From NCBI RefSeq assembly GCF_009914755.1, contig NC_060947.1: a DNA stretch of 64,000 bases, one strand, 5' to 3'. The stretch's first letter is position 1; every line of letters begins with the position of its first letter. Under the pieces are notes generated by a model. That model was not told where the DNA came from and did no database searches. It saw only the letters and a program-made list of their open reading frames with translations. Shown one piece after another: positions 56,672 through 64,000 of this stretch. Both the position numbers and the translations under genes were made by a program. The DNA is from the human T2T-CHM13v2.0 reference genome, Homo sapiens.

Positions 56672-59589
56672 ATTTTCAAAAGTTTGATTTTGATTTTGTC
56701 TAGGAGTGGATTACTTTGCATTTATCTTATTTGGGATTCAGTCAGCTTCCTGAATCTGTAAGATTATGTCTTTTGCAAAATTTGGGGAAATTTCAGCCAT
56801 TATTTCTTCAGGTCCAGTTTCTTTTTTCCCTTTCTGGGACTCTGATGACATAAATGTTAAATCTTTTGTTAATGTTCACCAGGCTCTTGAGGCTCTGTTC
56901 ATTTTCCAGTTTATTTTTTCTCTATTGTTCATTTCTATTGCTTTATCTCCAATGTTATTCTTTCCTATCATCTCCATTCTTCTATCTAGCCCATGTAGTA
57001 AGTTTATTTGTTACTGTATTTTTCAGTTCTAAAATTTCTATTTGGTTCTTCCTTATGGCTTCCATTTCTTTTCTGAGACTAATTTTTCATTTGTTTCAAG
57101 AGTGTTTGTGATTGCTCACTGAGGCATTTTTGTGATGGCTGCTTTAAAATTCTGGTCTGATAATTACAACATCTGAATTATCACAGTGATGATGTGTGTT
57201 GACTGTCTTTTCTCACTCATGTTGCGATTTTCCTGGTTTTTGGTATAAGTGATTTTTTACTGTCTAATGGATATTTGGAGATTATAGGACTCTTTCCTAT
57301 TTAATCTTTTTTTTTTTTTCCCCGAAGCAGGCAGTCCTCCTGTTGAGGTGGAGTGTGTATGTTCAACTTCCCTCTGGGCCGCACCAACATCACCCAGGCA
57401 AAAGTGGAGCAATGACTCACACTGTTTTGTTGCAGATGGGTGGGACGGAAGTTCAGCTCCACTCTTAGTCCCAATGAAAGTAGGGCACCAACCTGTATCA
57501 CCTCACTGCCTCTGAGTAGGGGTGTAAGCTCACCTCCCTGCTGGGCCCCACTGATGACAGGGAGGAGGAAAGCAGAGGGCTGACTCAAACTTCTTTGTTG
57601 CTGCACTATAAAGCCAAAAGCTCAGCTCCCCAAAGGACCCAGCTAACAACAGGGGAGGGTAGAGAAGGAAGCAGAATGCCAACTAGCCCTGCCACCCATC
57701 ACTTGCCAGATGGGAGTGAAGGCTCAGTTCTCCACTGGGCCCCACTGACATTAGTGGAGGTAAGATGTGTTGAGAATCCTACCTCCAACCATCTTGTTCT
57801 GCCTCGTTGATGTAAGGTGAGGGTAGAGTATGGATTAGCCCTGGCTCACGTCACCTTGTTAAGTGTCATTGCTTCTGGGTTGGGGTGGAGGCTCAATCTG
57901 CTACTAGACCCCACTGCTGCTAGACACCACCCTGGCAAGAGCATAACTTCCTTCAGCTTGAAGTGGAATGAGGGAAAACGCTTCCTGCCTGGTCTGCCAA
58001 AACCACCCAGCAGGGGGAACCAAAGTGCTGTCTGCTTTTGCTGGGCAAAGAAATGGGTGCTTAGGTCTCTGATCTCCCCAGCCCACACCACTGGGTTGGG
58101 GAGTGAGAGCACTGTTATTTGCTTCTTTGGGGTGGGGTGGGGTGGGGTTTTTCTGATGGTATTTGGCCAGGGTAGGGTGAGTATTGTCAAAAAGGTTTAG
58201 ACTTACTTGGCTACCTTTCCCCCAGTTGTTTGTCTAAAGGAAACAGGCTTTTTCTCAGAGCTCTTTTTGTCTGTGACTGTTGGCAGTTCTAGTTTGGAGG
58301 CTTTCATAGCACCCTGTCTAGGATATATGGGAGGTGACAGGAAGAACACAAATAGTGAATTCCCTGGGTTTTCTTGAGTCTCGAGGTCTGCAGGCTGTTT
58401 GCCTTCTTTTTCCACCTTTAGAGTGTTCCTGTGCTTGTTTGTTATGTCTACAGTGTTTTCGCTGTAAGGGAGATCAAGGAGGAATAGGGGTCCTCTATCT
58501 TGGCAGAACCAGATGTATCCTCCAAGTGATTAATTTTTATGTTGAAAATAACATTTATTTTCTAATTTTCCACATTATGGTTGAAAATGTACTACAGAAA
58601 ACTGCTGTAACATTATAGGTCATAATTTCCTCCTAAAGATCCAATTACATCTGCTTATATTATTCTTTACTAATTTACCTTGTTTCATGCTATTAAACTT
58701 CCTGCCCACCCTAGTACTTCTAGACTTTAATGTTCCAAAAGAAAATAAATCCATTTAATTCATTTTCACCTAGTAGTATACTATACATACTCAGAAGAGC
58801 TGGCGGGGGAGGGGAGGTGGTGGGCAGGAGATAGCTTTAAAACTCATTTATGAGCTCTTCTTTTTATTAATCCAAGGCAAAACTTATTTTTAATTTGCCT
58901 ATGACATTTCTCTAAGGATTACTTAATATGAACATCCATTTTGATAGCTATTACTCTTGAATTATACCAACAGCCAGCAGGAACTTGAAGGAAAAGAGGC
59001 AAATAAGGTTTTGTTTTATTTGCATTTTTACTTCTTCAAATAACATACCTGTATACGTTACTTCACTTGAGATGGATTCCTGAATTCATTTATCTGTTGA
59101 CTTATATTTAATTTCAGAGATTCTAGGCATATTATCTTCCTATTAAGATTAATAATTAATCTTCAATTAACTCTTGCACTTTTGCTTTAAATAAGAAACT
59201 ATAGACTAGTTTAGGCCGAGGAGACTCTAAGGAAAAATATCACTGCCCCAATCTTTGTTTTCTTTCTGTAACTTTCTTTTTTAAGTTCTATAACCAATAT
59301 TTAATTCTTTGTTGTGTTCCTCTAGGAATTCCACTCTGGCTGAGAGAAAGGGTGCCCTAGGTGAGAGGTATCCTAAGGCACTTTCATAGAACCTAGAGCT
59401 CTATTAACCCATTTGGAAAACCACTATTTTAGGAAAAGCCTTGTATTTATCAAATCTAAAAAGAAAGAAAATATCTTAAAAGCACGTATTGAAACTAAGT
59501 TTTCTGAGAAGAAATACATATACAAGGAACTTCCCTATCAGCATTAGAACAAAAGCCAACTTAAGTCCCTAAAACGGTAACAAAATAAG

Positions 59590-60390
59590 CACGTGAATTA
59601 TGTATACGAATGGACAAGAAGCACATGAAAAGATCCTTAACATCATCAGTCATTAGAGAAATGCAAATCAAAACCACAATGAGATACCATTTCACACCCA
59701 GTAGGATGGTTATAGTAAAAAAGACAATAATAAGTGATGGCAAGGATACGGAAAAGCTGGAACTCTCATACACTGCTGATGGGAATGTAAAATGGTACAG
59801 GCCAGCTGGAAAAGTTTGGCAGTACCTCAAAAAGCTAAACATAGATTTACCATATGACTCAGCAATTCTACTCCTAGGTATATATCCAAGAAAACTGGAA
59901 ACATGTGTTCACATAAAAACTTAATACGAATGTTCACAGCAGCATTATTCATAATAGCCAAAAGGTAGAAACAATTTCCAACGTCCATCAACTGATAAAT
60001 GGATAAACAAACTGTGGTATATCCATAAAATAGATTATTCAGCCACATAAAAGAATGAAGTCTTCCTACATGCTACAACATGTATGAACCTTGAAACATG
60101 CAAGAACCTTGAAAACAGACACAAAGGCCACATACTGTAGGATTCCATTAATATGAAATGTCCAGAATAGGTGAATCTAGAGACAGAAAATAGATTAGTG
60201 ATTGCCAGGGACTGGGGGAATGGAGGAAATGGGGAGTGACCGCTAACATGTATGAAATTTCTTTTTGGGGGTGATGAAAATGTTCTAGGAAATAGATAGT
60301 GGTGATGGCTGCACAACCTTGGGAATATAGTAAAAGCCACGAATCATATACAAGGGTGAATTTTATAGTATGTAAATATCTCAATTAAAA
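59590..60390 (+). mobile_element. L1MB-like ORF2 C-terminus and 3'UTR
   Basis: ORF 59610-59924 reads KKHMKRSLTSSVIREMQIKTTMRYHFTP...LPYDSAILLLGIYP, matching the L1 ORF2p C-terminal region. Confidence 0.9.
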
Positions 60391-60399
60391 AAGGAATTA

Positions 60400-61112
<713 letters not shown>

Positions 61113-61877
61113 TTAGGGCTATTTGACCTGACAGTCTAAGAAAAAAAAAAATGATTGCATAACTTTCCTTTTAAATTTCCTTTTCTTATACGATAGCAAG
61201 ATAATTGTTAACATTTTTGGGTTGAGCCAAATTCTGTTTTCTGGCACTTTGAGGGAACATCAAGTAGATTTTTCTGAAAAGAGGATGCAAAGATAGAGAG
61301 GTAACGATTTAATAAGCTGCAATCAAAGAACAGAGCACATTTACTCATGCATACACCTAGAGGCTTCTGTAAAGAGAGCTGTTAAGTAATGTCTAGGCAG
61401 GCCCCCCTTTTTCCAAGTACTGTAATTTTTGTTTCAAACGTTAGACATTTTGTTTTATTTGTAAGACAGCTGGTTAGAAATCTCAAATAATCTTCCCATA
61501 CAATGCCATAAATGCTGTTTTTCAGGCCAACTCACAAAAGCCTATTTAACCCACTGTATTTGGAAACTAACATCAACTTCACTCAGTTTTACTAACTTTT
61601 TAAACTTTACTTATTGACTACTTAAGCACTGTCTCTATTGTGAACAGCATTCCTAGTTCATGCCAGGATCACATCATCTCTACAGGCCTCCTTGGTGAGA
61701 AGAGGGCTTCATGCTACATACATACATATATTTATATATGTGAGAAGTCACCTATCTCTCTAGGTTATTCTCTACATCTCCACAATAGCTACCCATGTAA
61801 ACTACCTGGAACCTTTTTCCCCTGTAGCAGATTTCATTTAGACTGAGTCACTCACCTGGATGTTCTCAACTCAAACA

Positions 61878-62100
61878 GGGCTGTGTAGTGAAAAGTCATT
61901 AGAATTTGCAATCTGTGAGACTTGGGTTTGAATTCTGGCTCCTTCAGTTACTAGCTGGGCAACCATGAGCACGTTATTTAACCCTTCTAGGCTTCAGTTT
62001 CCTCATCTGTAAGTTGAGGATAATTCTGTATACTTCATTCAAGTTGATATACACAAAGTGACTTGTCAAGGGGGGCACTCAATAGACGTGAGCTTCCTTC
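61878..62100 (+). mobile_element. MIR SINE
   Basis: gacttgggtttgaattctggctc...ttcagtttcctcatctgtaa core. Confidence 0.8.
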
Positions 62101-63039
62101 CATCTTCACTTGGGAAAGAAAGAGCAGTGATCTTAACGTACCCCTCACCCTTGGTTTGTAGGTAGGAACATTCTGAAGTTGTTTTTGTAAACTAAGGACT
62201 GTATTTTCCAGACTTACGAGTTAAAATTAGCAGAGAGTAGAGAAAAAGTAATATTTGAACTTTTGTGCATTGTGGCTCTTTCAGAATTTGTATTTAAGAT
62301 AGTTTACATAAAATTAAAGAGTTGTATTGATATGATGTGGATGACAAAATGAATTTTAGTGAAATAAATGTGCTGCACACGCCAACTCTGACTTTGTTAA
62401 CATATCACCTGCAGCAGGTCTGCCTGAACAGGTCTCAATTTTCTTACATAAATAGGGTAGGGCTAAGTTGTTCTCTAAAATTATATGCTAAAAAAATTTA
62501 AATGCTTTCATATTTCAAAATGCACCAATCCACTTTTTCCGTTTTAACTAGCACAGTACAGTGAATGCAACACAATATTTAAACAAATTACCATACAGTA
62601 ATTTATTTATCCAATAATATAGAAGATAATTGTATATTTTTCTCCCCAGAGACATTAGTCTTACTGTTTATGTCTCGGTCTGTAAGCTCGGTGCACAAGA
62701 GGAAACTTGTAATTACAACATTTTTTGATATTTAAATTTGCCCCAATGCTTTAGTGTTATCACTTGAATGAGATGTCACAGTAAAACTATTAAAGCTGTA
62801 GGAAGAGTAGAATGGTGATTTGTGGGGTATGTACCACCCTAGAGGGTTTATCAGAATCTTCAGGGTAGAAAAGGACAAAACTAACCTGATTAAACATAAT
62901 TTGAAAAAGCATGTTAAATATTTGTTTTTAGAAAAGGTTTAGCCTATTAATTTCAAGATACAAATCATACAAGGTAGAAATGAAAAAACACTGGTGTAAA
63001 AAATGCATTCAATTTGTACTAATCCTGTAATCTGGAATT

Positions 63040-63175
63040 GTACTGTTCAACATGGTAGCCAATAGCCACTGGTGACTATTAGATAAAATTTAAAAGTTCA
63101 CTTCCACACTAGCCACATTTCAAGTGCTCAACAGCCACATATAGATAGCAGCTACTGTACTAAACAGTGCTGATC
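63040..63175. mobile_element. MER3/MER33-like hAT-Charlie fragment
   Basis: ctgttcaacatggtagccaatagccac...ctagccacatttcaagtgctcaacagccacat. Confidence 0.75.
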
Positions 63176-64000
63176 CAGAAATTTTTTGTGATTTTAAGTA
63201 AATCTTTATTATTTTACATTATTTTCAGATAGATGCCTCTGTTCCTAAATGTGAAGAAATGAAGTAACATTCTAGGTAGCTGAGATTTTTGCCACAGGTT
63301 TTACAAGATTTCTGGAGTGAAGATTTATCCCAAACCACTGCACTTGAGATGCATTTCAATCTATTAATGTCAAAATGATCTTTTGCTTCAGGCTATCATT
63401 TGACATCTGCTTCTAACACATATCAAATGACTGAACCAAGTTTCCTAGGACAAGCTTTGTGGCCCAAAGAATTAGAGACAAGCTCACAGAAATCTAAATG
63501 ACCAGGTCAGATTTGAAGATGAGATTATCACCATATGTAAGATTATAAAAATCAATTTATATGGTGGACAAAACAAGTTTTTAAGTTATATAAGAGACCA
63601 TGGATATATTAGTTAAGATGGGAAAATTCGATTTAACTTATGGTTGTAATTCTACTATGACAAGAAATCTAAAAGTGCTTTTAGATTTACACCTACGTGT
63701 AGAGTAACAAATATTTAGGAAACTAGCACTACTTTATGAGAACAACAGAAAAGGACTCACAATGTGGAGATGTGACTCCAGGCAGGGCAGTAGGCTAGCT
63801 TTCAATTTAAAGCTGCCTGTTTTTTAGTTCATTCATGTTCTACTTTCTAGCTGACATCTTCAAGAGAGGAAGGTAAATATGCAGGGCAGGTAATGTCAGC
63901 AATTGAGCCATTCTGTTATGGTATGTAAAACATAAAATCACTATTTATTATTTGGTAATATGCCCAGCAAATACCCCTGACCCCAGAGGTATTTGTACAT

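Noticed and set aside
59610-59924. 104-aa ORF with clear protein homology
   Set aside because: A decayed L1 ORF2p C-terminal fragment with no upstream ORF2, so not a functional gene.
63755-63850. Donor-like ATT|gtgagt, and similar isolated donors near 43480, 51895 and 58205
   Set aside because: Isolated donor hexamers are expected by chance in 64 kb, and none has a convincing paired acceptor or frame.

Overview
Primate (almost certainly human, Xp22) intronic DNA from RPS6KA3 (RSK2, p90 ribosomal S6 kinase 2), transcribed on the minus strand. The window holds exon 2 (39653-39709), exon 3 (14183-14299), exon 4 (8917-8998) and the first 40 nt of exon 5 (1-40). All have canonical splice sites and join in frame to give residues ~24-122, including the N-terminal kinase P-loop and Lys100. 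Exon 1 lies beyond position 64000. The rest is intron filled with Alu, L1, L2, MIR, MaLR-LTR and hAT transposon remnants. The supplied ORFs are repeat-derived or chance ORFs, and none captures the real exons. The best leads are: (1) a candidate alternative RSK2 exon in intron 2 (MFKFLSFRVRSIQ, phase 0, strong donor) with a tiny uORF, a possible 72-nt cassette form and a CpG-retaining upstream region; (2) a ~50-nt templated insertion inside an Alu, copied from ~1.5 kb away; (3) a 117-nt polyadenylated orphan retro-insertion with a perfect 20-bp TSD; (4) a tRNA-derived SINE split by a DNA transposon. I see no evidence for a wholly new gene system. Repeat boundaries and subfamilies were judged by eye and are approximate.
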